A program made the translations under genes and the position numbers. This document shows positions 51,731 to 62,115 of a stretch of 64,000 bases of DNA, one piece after another. The notes beneath the pieces were generated by a model. That model was not told where the DNA came from and searched no databases. It saw nothing but the letters and a program-made list of their open reading frames with translations. The DNA is taken from assembly GCA_002245135.1 (NCBI GenBank), contig NGBS01000598.1, positions 62,001-126,000 on the forward strand, read 5' to 3'. Numbering within the stretch: the first letter of the stretch is position 1; each line of letters starts with the position of its first letter. Source of the stretch: Proteromonas lacertae (Eukaryota).

Positions 51731-54104
51731 CAGGGTTGTATAAATCGGTCGTAGGTCAATAAACAAATGTTGACCGACACCAGGCTGTAGTAACTATTAG
51801 CTGACCTCCTCCTAAACATGTGATATTAATAATATTATCTAACTGTACATATTGAATTCAAGGTCTATATATCATTCTATAAAATACCGAATTAACCGTC
51901 GGTCGATGCGCTTTTTTCTTTCTTCATAATTGAATCTAACCTTACCGATGAGTTATTCTATTGTGTTATATATGTAATATAAAGTATAGAATGATTATAA
52001 AAATTTGAAAGAAAAAATGGCATACTTTTGCTTAATCATTTCTTAAAATTATTATAAATGTATCTAATATAATCTATCATTATATATTCTAGGAGTATAG
52101 TTTTACCAATTGGAGCGGCTAGTGAAGTTATTGCCTTAAAAGAGGCAAATATGCTTGAACATCTTAATTTTAACTTTTACAAAACCTTTTGGTATAATAT
52201 GTTAAAGATAAAAAGCCTTGATAAATGCATTTGCATATTTTGTGGTGTTCGATATGCTTGTAACGTGAAAAATGGAAAGGCTGTCAAACTTCACCAAATT
52301 AGTTCACATAATTATGTAGATGAAGATGTAAAGATAAACAATGATGAGATAAAACAAAGCTTATTTTATTTCATCACTTACGATCATATAAGCACTACTG
52401 TGTTAGACAGTAGTAGTTTTCGTAGATTCTGCAATAAATTAGGATATAAGCCACCAAGAAGAGTGGTATATAATGACTTTTTAATTAAAAGAAACACAGA
52501 AATTATTGTATATTATTTTTATATTTTTTATAGGATAAATTAAAGAAAGATTTAAATGGTAAACACGTCGCACTTGCTATAGATGGGTGGAAATCGGAGC
52601 GTTCCAGTGAACTAGTAGGTATTAGTGGATGTTATTTCAACGATTTGTTTGAATTAGTTACAGTAACACTTGGTGTTGTAGAAGTTGTTAATGAAAAGGC
52701 AGACACAATTACAGACACAATAAATTTCATAAAAGAAATGTATGGATTTGAAATAACTTCAGTTACTTCAGACAATGGAAAGAATATGGTGAAAGGTATA
52801 AGAGATGCATGTGTAACAAATGTAAGATGTATGAACCATAGCCTTCAACTTGCTATTAATGGGGCTATGGTTCAAGGAGGAGTTATAGATATTAATGTAA
52901 AAGTATTTGTAGATCTAGGTAAACAACTAAGAACCGTCGTAAACAAAATAAGCTCAATTTATGTATACCTACTTTAACGACAACTCGGTGGAATAGTTTA
53001 TATATTATGTTAAAGAAATTTTATGAAAGTAAAGAAATATTGCATCAATATTATGAAGAAAAAACAAATGAATACAAAAACAATCTTAAACAGTATAACC
53101 AAGAAAAACTTATAGGTATAGTTAATGCCATAAAACCAAAAGAAGATGAGTTGCTAAAATTTATCTCTTCCCCTACCAATATAGCGTATGTTATTCTAGA
53201 TAAACTATGTGATATACTCGAACCATTATACAAACTTACTAAGATATTGGAAGATAGAAACATGACTATGGGAATGGCTGTATTACATTATAAACAGACT
53301 TTATTTGAGTTCAAAACAGGTTATCCAACAAAGATACAGGAATATGCTGAGAGTATCAAAATTAATATGATAGAAAGACTAAATAATATATGTAATGATA
53401 GTGATTTGCCTCTGTTGTGCTGCATGTTAGACCCTAGAGTGAAATCATTCATTCTTCATAGTACTCTAGGGTTTAGCGATTCAGAATTTGAAAAATCTAA
53501 AAGTTTATTAATTAATTCATTGAATTATATAAATACTGAAATCGAAGAAACATATTCAATAGAAGAAACTACATTAGATAAATATCTTGAAAAAGCAGTA
53601 AAAAGAAAGAGATTAATTATGCCAAATGAAGTACAAGAATAATTGCAATATGATATTCATTACAGCACCTCTGAAACCATTGGAAATATCTGGCTATCAT
53701 TAAAGTCCAAGTTTCCTAGGGTATACATACTTGCCAAGAACAGTTTAAACATACTGGACAAATAAGTAACTTATCCAAATCAAATTTATCATGTGATAGA
53801 TTACAAATGAAACTGATGATTAGTAGAAATAAATAAGAACATAATTATATAAAATACCTAATTATTGTTGAGTATTAAATTGTAAATCTTTATAAAAAGT
53901 TAAAAATTATTTAATTGAATTGAAAATATATGAATCAAGTATTAAAATATATTATATGATAGTTTTTATGAAGGGAAAATTAGTATATAATGAAATAAAA
54001 TAGATTTTATAATATTCGGCTTGTAAGGCTTGACCGACCGACGGTTAAGGCAAAACCTATAGGTTTTGACCTATCTCCGTCGGTAACCGATTAATACAAC
54101 CCTG
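51731..54104 (+). mobile_element. hAT transposon with both TIRs and a disrupted BED-finger transposase
   Basis: TIRs CAGGGTTGTATAAATCGGT and ACCGATTAATACAACCCTG; subterminal CCGAC repeats; CIFC..H..H, DGW, SDN, CxxH, TRWNS, LDPR; frameshift near 52965, stop at 53642. Flanks TCTAGAAT and ATTTAGAA are not a clean 8-bp TSD. Confidence 0.92.
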
Positions 54105-54199
54105 ATTTAGAATGTTACAAACTAATCTGTTTAGATAATAATATTTACTATTATTATTTCTTTATCTTTAACATTCTAATATTGTAATCTGGTAATTGA

Positions 54200-55190
54200 C
54201 ACTGTAAGACTTTGCAGCTATCGCTAACATTGATCATCATACCGACAGCTCTCAGGATAACTCCCAGAAGATGGATTACTATCTAGGCATCGTCAAGGAT
54301 ATATTCAACACTCTGCGGAATGTTTACAATCATAAGATGAGCATAGACAGGACACCATCAGCATCAATGTCGGAAGGCTCTTGGAGTTTAAGTTTCACAC
54401 CTAGAGATACTGACGAATCTCTAAGGCTTATTAAGAGTGGTTTCCGATTGTAGTCAACACTGAGGTAAAGAAGGTACTGGAGGAAGTAGCTGACACAGTA
54501 GTGAAACAAGTATCAGGAGAGCTGATGAAGGAGGAGGAATGGATCCTAGTACGAGTGTTGATCGTATGGATGTCTGAATCATCAGGAGAAGTCAATTTGC
54601 ATTTTCATAAGATACTCTACCATGCTTACACTTCAAACAATATCTACCTATAAGAAGCTTCACTAAGAAGGCTAATGGAAAGTACTTAGCTCATTGTGAT
54701 GAATGTAGTTGCCTTGAAAGCCAATGATACTTTAACCTAAAGCAACTACAACGCCAACATCATCAACATCAACAAAGCCTTCACAACTATCACAACTTAA
54801 GAGACTCCAAGGAGCCTTTGAATGGTTTATATTGAAGTCTGAATTAGATTATTTTTATATGAAACATATATGTCAGTAATATAATATAATTACACATATT
54901 ATAGGAAGGAGTAGAAAAATGAAAAATAAATTCTCTATCTTTTTAGGTTTATCTTCCAGATTGACAGATTGACAGATTGACAGAAAATCAATCATTAGGT
55001 AATGTAAGAAGCTCTAAACATAGTAAGAAAAACATACCTGAAGAAGCCTACAGAGATTGTTAATATTACTAATCAGAGATGGTAACTTGTTAATAATTGC
55101 AAAGACCCGATTCCACGATAGGCTTCTACGATTCTATTAAAAGCCCTTTATAAGGTTACCTTCGTAGTAAAGAGAGTCAAGAGCGTGATT
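54200..55190 (+). pseudogene. GC-richer decayed ORFs related to the 38856-43335 element
   Basis: 55079-55175 aligns with 41699-41795; the region includes CLHFKQYLPIRSFTKKANGKYLAHCDEC, a zinc-finger-like motif. Confidence 0.45.
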
Positions 55191-55235
55191 AGATTCAATA
55201 AAACTTGCTAAAACACTGTGACATGAGTATATGTA

Positions 55236-57053
55236 ATGTATTATTTAAAATATACAACAAGAAAAATGAAGTATAGATATGATATTGATGGACTGCGAGG
55301 GATTGCTATGATTTTTGTATTCGTTTATCATTATAACAAAAGAATATTAAATGGAGGTTTTATAGGAGTTGATATTTTCTTTTGTATATCTGGATATATA
55401 ATTTCATTTAAGCATTGTAGAGAAATAAAAAATAATTATTCATATTTCTGTTTTTATATGAGAAGAATAGAAAGAATTGTTCCACAATCATATTTTGTTT
55501 TAATCTTTATACAAATATTTATATATAGTTTCCTAGATAACAATCCCAAAGACATACAAGCAGATGTACAATATTCTCTTTGTTTTATGAGTAATGTTCA
55601 TTTTTATTACAAAAGAATAAATTATCTATTTACATCTCAAGCAGTTTCTCCTTTATTACATTTTTGGTCTTTAGCAATAGAAATGCAGTTTTATTCTACT
55701 TATCCTATATTTCATTACTTAAAAATACTTAGGGTATTTGTCATATCATTGTTATCATTTTCATATAGTATATATATATCTTCTAATAATCCTAGTTATT
55801 CTTATTTTAGTTTCTTTACTAGATTATGGGAATTTCTATATGGTTATATTATAAATCAGATAAATATTAAACCAAATAGTAAATTGTTAATAGCAAGTGG
55901 ATATTTATGTTTTGCTTTATTAATACAAATGGCTATATTATATAACAATATGATGAATTATCCTAGCTTTTATGCATTGTTTCCTATGATTTGTGTTTCT
56001 CCGATAATTATTTACAATGGCAAAAGTGTATGGTCCATAAATGAAGCACTATGCAATAAACTACTTACAATAATAGGTATATTATCATACTCAATATACT
56101 TATGGCATTTTCTGGTAATTAGGATGTATAAACAAAAAGGTATAATTATTACTTATACACAATTAATTCTATTCACATTAGTATCTTTTTCTGTAGATTA
56201 TTATATCAATAAAATAAACAAAATGTATAAATATTTTGCATTTAATATAGTTATAATGATAGGATTAATAATATACTATAATTCTTTAAAAGAAATTCAA
56301 TACAATGTATCTACAGTTCCTCCTTTATACAGTGATTATGGAAATATTATGGTTAAATGTATTAAAATGCAATGTAAATACAATATTAAGGATAATATTT
56401 TTAATAAAAGAAAACATTATCTATTATTAGGAGATTCTCATCTTATAGTATTAATGCCAATATTTAAAAAAATAGTAAATTACTACAATGGAGATATTTT
56501 ATTTTTATGGATTACAAAAACTACACTATTATCAGATGGATATTCATCTTTATTTACAAAATATTCAAATGAATTAAAGAATTATTACATACACAGCATA
56601 TACATATGCAATAGAATACACAATAATTCTACATATATTCAAAAACATATCATATCTTCCATTCAATCGCTATATAAAATAACTTACAAAGTATTTTTTA
56701 TAGAAGATGTACCAAAATTAGAGTTTAATCCTTATAAATGTGTAGTTTACTATAATCAGAGTTGCATATGTATATTACATCACAATTGCACGTATCTACA
56801 ATATAATTATATAAAGAATCATATTAAATCTTTCTTTATATCATTTATTACTGATATATGCAATAAGAATAAATGTAAATTACTACACGGTAATACATTA
56901 ATGTATATTGATTATGATCATTTATCTCTAGAATACGTTGATTTAATATCTGCTAAACTAATACATTATTTTTATTCTACAAATTATAGTAATAAAAATA
57001 ATGTAATTGACCATTTCTGTATATCATATATGAATAATTCAAGAAAATGTTAA
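55236..57053 (+). CDS. Acyltransferase-3 plus SGNH O-acetyltransferase (OafA/YrhL-like)
   Basis: YRYDIDGLRGIA..VYH, GGFIGVDIFFCISGY, RRIERI, LHFWSLAIEMQFY; SGNH GDSH and DYDHLS; intronless. Confidence 0.92.
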   Translation: MYYLKYTTRKMKYRYDIDGLRGIAMIFVFVYHYNKRILNGGFIGVDIFFCISGYIISFKHCREIKNNYSYFCFYMRRIERIVPQSYFVLIFIQIFIYSFLDNNPKDIQADVQYSLCFMSNVHFYYKRINYLFTSQAVSPLLHFWSLAIEMQFYSTYPIFHYLKILRVFVISLLSFSYSIYISSNNPSYSYFSFFTRLWEFLYGYIINQINIKPNSKLLIASGYLCFALLIQMAILYNNMMNYPSFYALFPMICVSPIIIYNGKSVWSINEALCNKLLTIIGILSYSIYLWHFLVIRMYKQKGIIITYTQLILFTLVSFSVDYYINKINKMYKYFAFNIVIMIGLIIYYNSLKEIQYNVSTVPPLYSDYGNIMVKCIKMQCKYNIKDNIFNKRKHYLLLGDSHLIVLMPIFKKIVNYYNGDILFLWITKTTLLSDGYSSLFTKYSNELKNYYIHSIYICNRIHNNSTYIQKHIISSIQSLYKITYKVFFIEDVPKLEFNPYKCVVYYNQSCICILHHNCTYLQYNYIKNHIKSFFISFITDICNKNKCKLLHGNTLMYIDYDHLSLEYVDLISAKLIHYFYSTNYSNKNNVIDHFCISYMNNSRKC

Positions 57054-57075
57054 GTATTATCTTAAATCAGCATGT

Positions 57076-58115
57076 ATGAGATTAAAAATAACATTTATAT
57101 TGCTTTTTCTGTATTTAAATTCATTATTGTTAGTATTTCATTTTCTTCATACTAATAACCATTATATAAAACTAAATATTTTGTTCATTTTCCCAATTAT
57201 TGGAAATCATGGTCCTGCAACATTAGCAAAATCATATATCAAAACGATTCAAAAATTATCAAATAATCAATTCATGAAGAAATATTTCACATTAATTGTA
57301 AAAAGACATATAACACTTTCCCATTATGTATCATTTGTAAATAAATCATATAATCTAGCATGGTTTTTATTCGCAGATTATTTTAGTTACTTAAATCAAA
57401 AATCAGATTATATTAATTTTAAAAACACTATATACGGTCCAATGGTAAGTCCAAGAAAATGGTATTCATTTCCAATGAATGATACATATGAAGTAAATTG
57501 GAGTTATTGTATAAACAAATTATTTGCATATGTTGTTCAGTCTCAAAGAGTAAAATTACATCTTTTAAGTCATTCAGAAAAATTGAAAAGAAATATATTG
57601 TATCTCATGGATGTCTTTTACCTAACAATTCATCTAATATAATTTCATGGAAAGATAGAGCAGTTGATGTATTAATATATGCAAAATTTGCTGATTTAAA
57701 TAAGGAAAATGAATTAAAACATTTAATACATGAATTGAAAATTAGAAATTATAGTATAATTTTAATTAGATATGGTAATCATACAAAAGATTCATTAATT
57801 AAAACAACATTAAATAGTAAAGTGTTAATATATTTTTCATTTTATGATTGTTGGCCATCATCGTTAATGGAAATGCAAAACCTAGGTATATATCCTATAG
57901 TTCAACAATGCGAATTTATTGATAATTATGGATTGTGTATTAAACATTTTCATTCTCATATAAATGAAATAGTTCATAAAGTTATGATTAGTTTATCATA
58001 TTACTATAATACAATAAAAATATCAAACCATTATATATCTAGAAATAATTGTTTAAATGTATTTAAAAATACATTAAAGAATATTTATTATAGAAAAACT
58101 AGAAATATTATATAA
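57076..58115 (+). CDS. Signal-anchored putative GT-B glycosyltransferase, one frameshift near 57585
   Basis: N-terminal TM, NHGP, IYGP, VVQSQRV, then in the -1 frame DVLIYAK..YG.HTK..FSFYDCWPSSLMEMQNLGIYP (GT4-like C-terminal pattern). Confidence 0.55.
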
Positions 58116-58123
58116 TTTGCTGA

Positions 58124-58951
58124 ATGATTAAATTACTACATACTATAATAATTTTAGTATTATTCTTCAACTGTTTAAATTATTATTCTAAAATATTTAA
58201 AATAATAATAATAACATTATATTTTCCTGTATTTAAACATCATCATACAGTTGATAAATATATATATTGGACAAAGCTTTTCTTAAATACAGTGAAATGC
58301 GATACATTTTTTTATACAAATCACATATTAAAGAATATTACTCCAAAATTAAGAAGAATACATGCTTTCTATTTTGATAATGTAACATCGATACCTATAA
58401 TTAAAAAATTAAACATAGAAAGCATGGTAAGAAGTAGATTACTTCAAATATATCACTCTAAAATAGCTTTAGTTTATTATATATCCACCAAATATAGAGC
58501 TAATATGTATTTTTTTAATGATATTAGTACATTTCACTTCAAAGAACTTGAAATAATCAACAAATATCCAAACACAAAATATTTAGAAAGAATATTTAGT
58601 AAAACAACTACTCCAATTTTGTTTACTATTAATCATAACCGATATTCTCCATATTTTATACAAGGCGGATGTTTTGGAGGCAAAAAACAAGCAATCAAGT
58701 ATTTGTATGAAAGTTATTATAATTATTTAAAGAAATACTATCGTAAATATGATGATGTTAATGTCACTGAAGAATATTTATTGGATTCATTGATTTATAG
58801 TATAAATGATTCTATATTAATTCCAAATAATCCAAATAAATGCAGAATATACAAAGGATCTAAGATTTGGTTTTATTATATTAATGTTATATCTGGTTAT
58901 CCAAGTAAATGTGTAAAGAGTATAAAATTAAGCCATTTGAATGAGTATTGA
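58124..58951 (+). CDS. HtrL/YibB (WlaTC)-like glycosyltransferase-related protein
   Basis: TM, ITLYF..YIYW..FFYT..IYHSKIALV..FFNDIS..IQGGCFGG..TEEYLL. Confidence 0.6.
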   Translation: MIKLLHTIIILVLFFNCLNYYSKIFKIIIITLYFPVFKHHHTVDKYIYWTKLFLNTVKCDTFFYTNHILKNITPKLRRIHAFYFDNVTSIPIIKKLNIESMVRSRLLQIYHSKIALVYYISTKYRANMYFFNDISTFHFKELEIINKYPNTKYLERIFSKTTTPILFTINHNRYSPYFIQGGCFGGKKQAIKYLYESYYNYLKKYYRKYDDVNVTEEYLLDSLIYSINDSILIPNNPNKCRIYKGSKIWFYYINVISGYPSKCVKSIKLSHLNEY

Positions 58952-58958
58952 TTTAAGG

Positions 58959-60674
58959 TTAATAATATAAATGTAAGTTACATCCTCTATAAGGAAATTT
59001 CCAAGCTCTCAGAATTTTATTTTTATAAAGAATATATTGACAATTGTTCTTTCCTTTATATCTTTTCTTCTTTCCTTTCATAAATGGTTGAATAATTTCA
59101 AAAGTATGATTATATATATTCTTATAAAAATGATGTGTAAAATGATGTTCATCAGAATATACACATATATCTTTATAATTTAAATTACAACTATTATTCA
59201 TGCAAAAAAGGTGGGATAAATCATTTACAACAATACCTTCACTATATTGTATTAGATTATTGTATATTGTTATATCTAAACCATTTTGTGCTATATAATT
59301 CTTCTGTTTATTACACGATATTCTATGTTTTAAAACTGGTGTAGGTAAAAAGTATAAAACATTGTTTGATTTTGACTTTAAATATTTTAAATAGTCATGA
59401 ATTTTTATAGGATAAAACTTTAGATATTCTTTATGTTTATTATCGTAAAATAAGTTCATATTAATTATAATATGAAAATAATCTGTAATATCATACAAAT
59501 TAGAATTATTTCTAACAATAAACTCTGTATGAATATATTTGTAATATATAGTATAGTGATGCATTTTAAATATACTATAGTAATTACCCAATAAATTAAA
59601 AGAATGAGAATCTCCAACAACTAATACAGTATTTTCACTTACTTCTTTTATACTTTCATAACAACAATATTTCAATTTATTTATTTTATCTGGAAATGAA
59701 ATACCTTTCTTCTCTATATATGTAATATCATTTGAAGAAAAATATAATAAACCATATAATTCAAATAGAAACAATAATATATGGAAGTATTTATATTTCA
59801 ATATCCTTAACACAGGTTTAAAACCATATATGACATGTAGAGTTATGGAAAATATTAAAATATAAAATATCGATAATAAACTAAATGATTGAATTTTGAT
59901 TATAGGATAATGCACAAGATATAAATAATATGAAATAGTCCCTATTGTTTGTAACAGATAAAAATGGAAATTTGATTCTACATGTAAGTATAAATATGTA
60001 GCTAATACTATTATTATTTGATACAATTTTTCATCAATAAAATAGTTAGAGTATAATGGTATTGTTATAAATATTATTGTAGAAATATGTTTTTTATATT
60101 TTATATTTATATTATTTAAAACAATTTTAGGAAATAAGTATTCCCATACTCTTGGAATTGATGAAAAATAATTATATGATATGAATGTGTTGAATGTATA
60201 GAGGAATACAATTAATGAAAATGATATACAAATAGATATAATTATTCTAGAATTGAATATATTTAATAAACAAAATAAATATAAATGCATTTCAACCGAA
60301 ATAAACCAATAATGTAGTAAAAGTGAATTAGATGGAGGATTGAAATAATCTGTACTACAATATATAAAATAGTAATTACAATATAATAGAATAGTTGATA
60401 ATATTTCATTATAGAATTGATAGTATTGTTCTTCATATATGTCTCTATTATAAAATGAGAATATAATGAATAAACTTGTTATACATGGAAATAATAGTCT
60501 TATATACCTTTTCCATAAATTCATAAATTGTTCATTTGCATTAGATAAATATCCTGAGATGGTGATAAATACAATTACAGCAACATATCCGTATTTCAAA
60601 AAATTTCCATGATATAATATAATAATAATAATTGAATAACCCTTTAATATTAGAATATCATTTCTATTTTTCAT
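58959..60674 (-). CDS. Second, diverged AT3-SGNH O-acetyltransferase
   Basis: RNDILILKG..LYH, GYVAVIVFITISGY, KRYIRL, LLHYWFISVEMHLY, GDSH and YSDEHH. Confidence 0.88.
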   Translation of the reverse strand: MKNRNDILILKGYSIIIIILYHGNFLKYGYVAVIVFITISGYLSNANEQFMNLWKRYIRLLFPCITSLFIIFSFYNRDIYEEQYYQFYNEILSTILLYCNYYFIYCSTDYFNPPSNSLLLHYWFISVEMHLYLFCLLNIFNSRIIISICISFSLIVFLYTFNTFISYNYFSSIPRVWEYLFPKIVLNNINIKYKKHISTIIFITIPLYSNYFIDEKLYQIIIVLATYLYLHVESNFHFYLLQTIGTISYYLYLVHYPIIKIQSFSLLSIFYILIFSITLHVIYGFKPVLRILKYKYFHILLFLFELYGLLYFSSNDITYIEKKGISFPDKINKLKYCCYESIKEVSENTVLVVGDSHSFNLLGNYYSIFKMHHYTIYYKYIHTEFIVRNNSNLYDITDYFHIIINMNLFYDNKHKEYLKFYPIKIHDYLKYLKSKSNNVLYFLPTPVLKHRISCNKQKNYIAQNGLDITIYNNLIQYSEGIVVNDLSHLFCMNNSCNLNYKDICVYSDEHHFTHHFYKNIYNHTFEIIQPFMKGKKKRYKGKNNCQYILYKNKILRAWKFPYRGCNLHLYY

Positions 60675-60680
60675 ATTAAA

Positions 60681-62042
60681 ATGTGCTGTTGTAAACTCTC
60701 TTTTTATATATTACCAGTAATAACAACTTTAATATACATTAATGAAAATAATTTAGATCTATATTATTATAAATATTATAGAAAATGTTTATCAACCAAA
60801 TCATATTGCAAAGAAAATAATGTACTTAAAGATAATAAGTATGGAAAAGATTTATGGATGTACTTTTTGAAAGAATCTAATCATCATATGAATATATGTT
60901 GCTTTATTAAAAATATGAATTTGTTTTTCTATAACAAATCATTCTATTTCCATAGAATATATTCTAAATCTCAAAATATATGTGGGATATCTGTTGGAGG
61001 AGTATTTCCAGATAAATCATATTTTAGATTAGCTCCAACGAAAAAGAAAGATTATAAAAATGTTTTATCACATACATATGAAGTTCAGAATTATATATAT
61101 AAATATCAACATCCATATAACTGCGATAATAAAAAATATCTCATTATAAAAGGATATAAATCAGGCCACGGATCAGAAATACACGTAATCACATCATATT
61201 TAGCTTTAGCTATGACACTAAATAGAATTGCCATATTTGATCCTTACTATAAATCTATGAAAGCTTCAGGTGTATATTGTAAAAATGAAAGAAATTGGCT
61301 ATGTTTTTTAGAGCAGTTAACTAATTGTTCATTGTCATATTTGTCTTACAGAAATAGCATAAAATATGTAAATGAAATCCAGAAACACAAATATCTCTAT
61401 GTAGAAGATACAGCAAAGTATAGATCTCTTATACCTAAATCTGTGATGAATATAATTAACAATATAATTATTAATAGAAATAAACAATTACACTACTGGA
61501 GAATTCAAGCAGCAACATATATTTTTCGATTAAATAAGAGAACATACAATGAAGTGAATAAAATTATATATAAATCATTAAAAACTAATTTAAATAACGG
61601 TTGCTTTAATATATGGATAAGACATGGAGATAAATATAAAGAAATGAAATTATTAAAACCTGAAGATTATATTCCTTCATATGAAATATACAAATTAATA
61701 TTCAATAAAAAAATTCCAATATATTTGTCCACAGATGATCCTACTGTTATTGATTATTATGTAAAATATAAAAAAACAAATGTATATTATTTAAATTTTA
61801 CAAGAAATAATGATAATTTTGTAAGCAATATGCAGAAAGGTTCAGAAATGACATTAAATTTCATTTCTGATATAAAAGCTTCACTATTATGCTATGGATT
61901 TAGTGGCACAAGACAAAGCAATGTAGTAAGATTAATTGATGAATTAAGATCTACAATAGGGTTTTCTGCTAATGCTTTATATTTTGAAAATGGTTTAATT
62001 CATATTCTAAATAATTCTTATGAAATTGATGAGTTCTGGTAG
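60681..62042 (+). CDS. GT23 alpha-1,6-fucosyltransferase-like (FUT8/NodZ family)
   Basis: YQHPYNC..KYL, SGHGSEIH, IWIRHGDK, IYLSTDDP and GTRQSNVVRLIDELR; N-terminal anchor; intronless. Confidence 0.85.
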   Translation: MCCCKLSFYILPVITTLIYINENNLDLYYYKYYRKCLSTKSYCKENNVLKDNKYGKDLWMYFLKESNHHMNICCFIKNMNLFFYNKSFYFHRIYSKSQNICGISVGGVFPDKSYFRLAPTKKKDYKNVLSHTYEVQNYIYKYQHPYNCDNKKYLIIKGYKSGHGSEIHVITSYLALAMTLNRIAIFDPYYKSMKASGVYCKNERNWLCFLEQLTNCSLSYLSYRNSIKYVNEIQKHKYLYVEDTAKYRSLIPKSVMNIINNIIINRNKQLHYWRIQAATYIFRLNKRTYNEVNKIIYKSLKTNLNNGCFNIWIRHGDKYKEMKLLKPEDYIPSYEIYKLIFNKKIPIYLSTDDPTVIDYYVKYKKTNVYYLNFTRNNDNFVSNMQKGSEMTLNFISDIKASLLCYGFSGTRQSNVVRLIDELRSTIGFSANALYFENGLIHILNNSYEIDEFW

Positions 62043-62115
62043 CTTAATCTGATAGAAGGTTTTAATTGATAAGTAAATTATTATAATCCAGTCATATCTG
62101 TGATTTATAAAGATT

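Larger units (their letters stand above)
48769..53986. repeat. Right arm of 5.2-kb inverted segmental duplication
   Basis: Reverse complement of 33871-39085 with few differences. Confidence 0.95.

Noticed and set aside
33871..53986. One giant transposon with 5.2-kb TIRs
   Set aside because: The boundaries fall inside other elements and no TSD flanks the outer ends.
55236..62042. Bacterial contaminant contig
   Set aside because: Composition matches the AT-rich host, there are no obvious Shine-Dalgarno sites, several proteins have eukaryote-style signal anchors, and eukaryotic hAT elements flank it; read confirmation is still needed.
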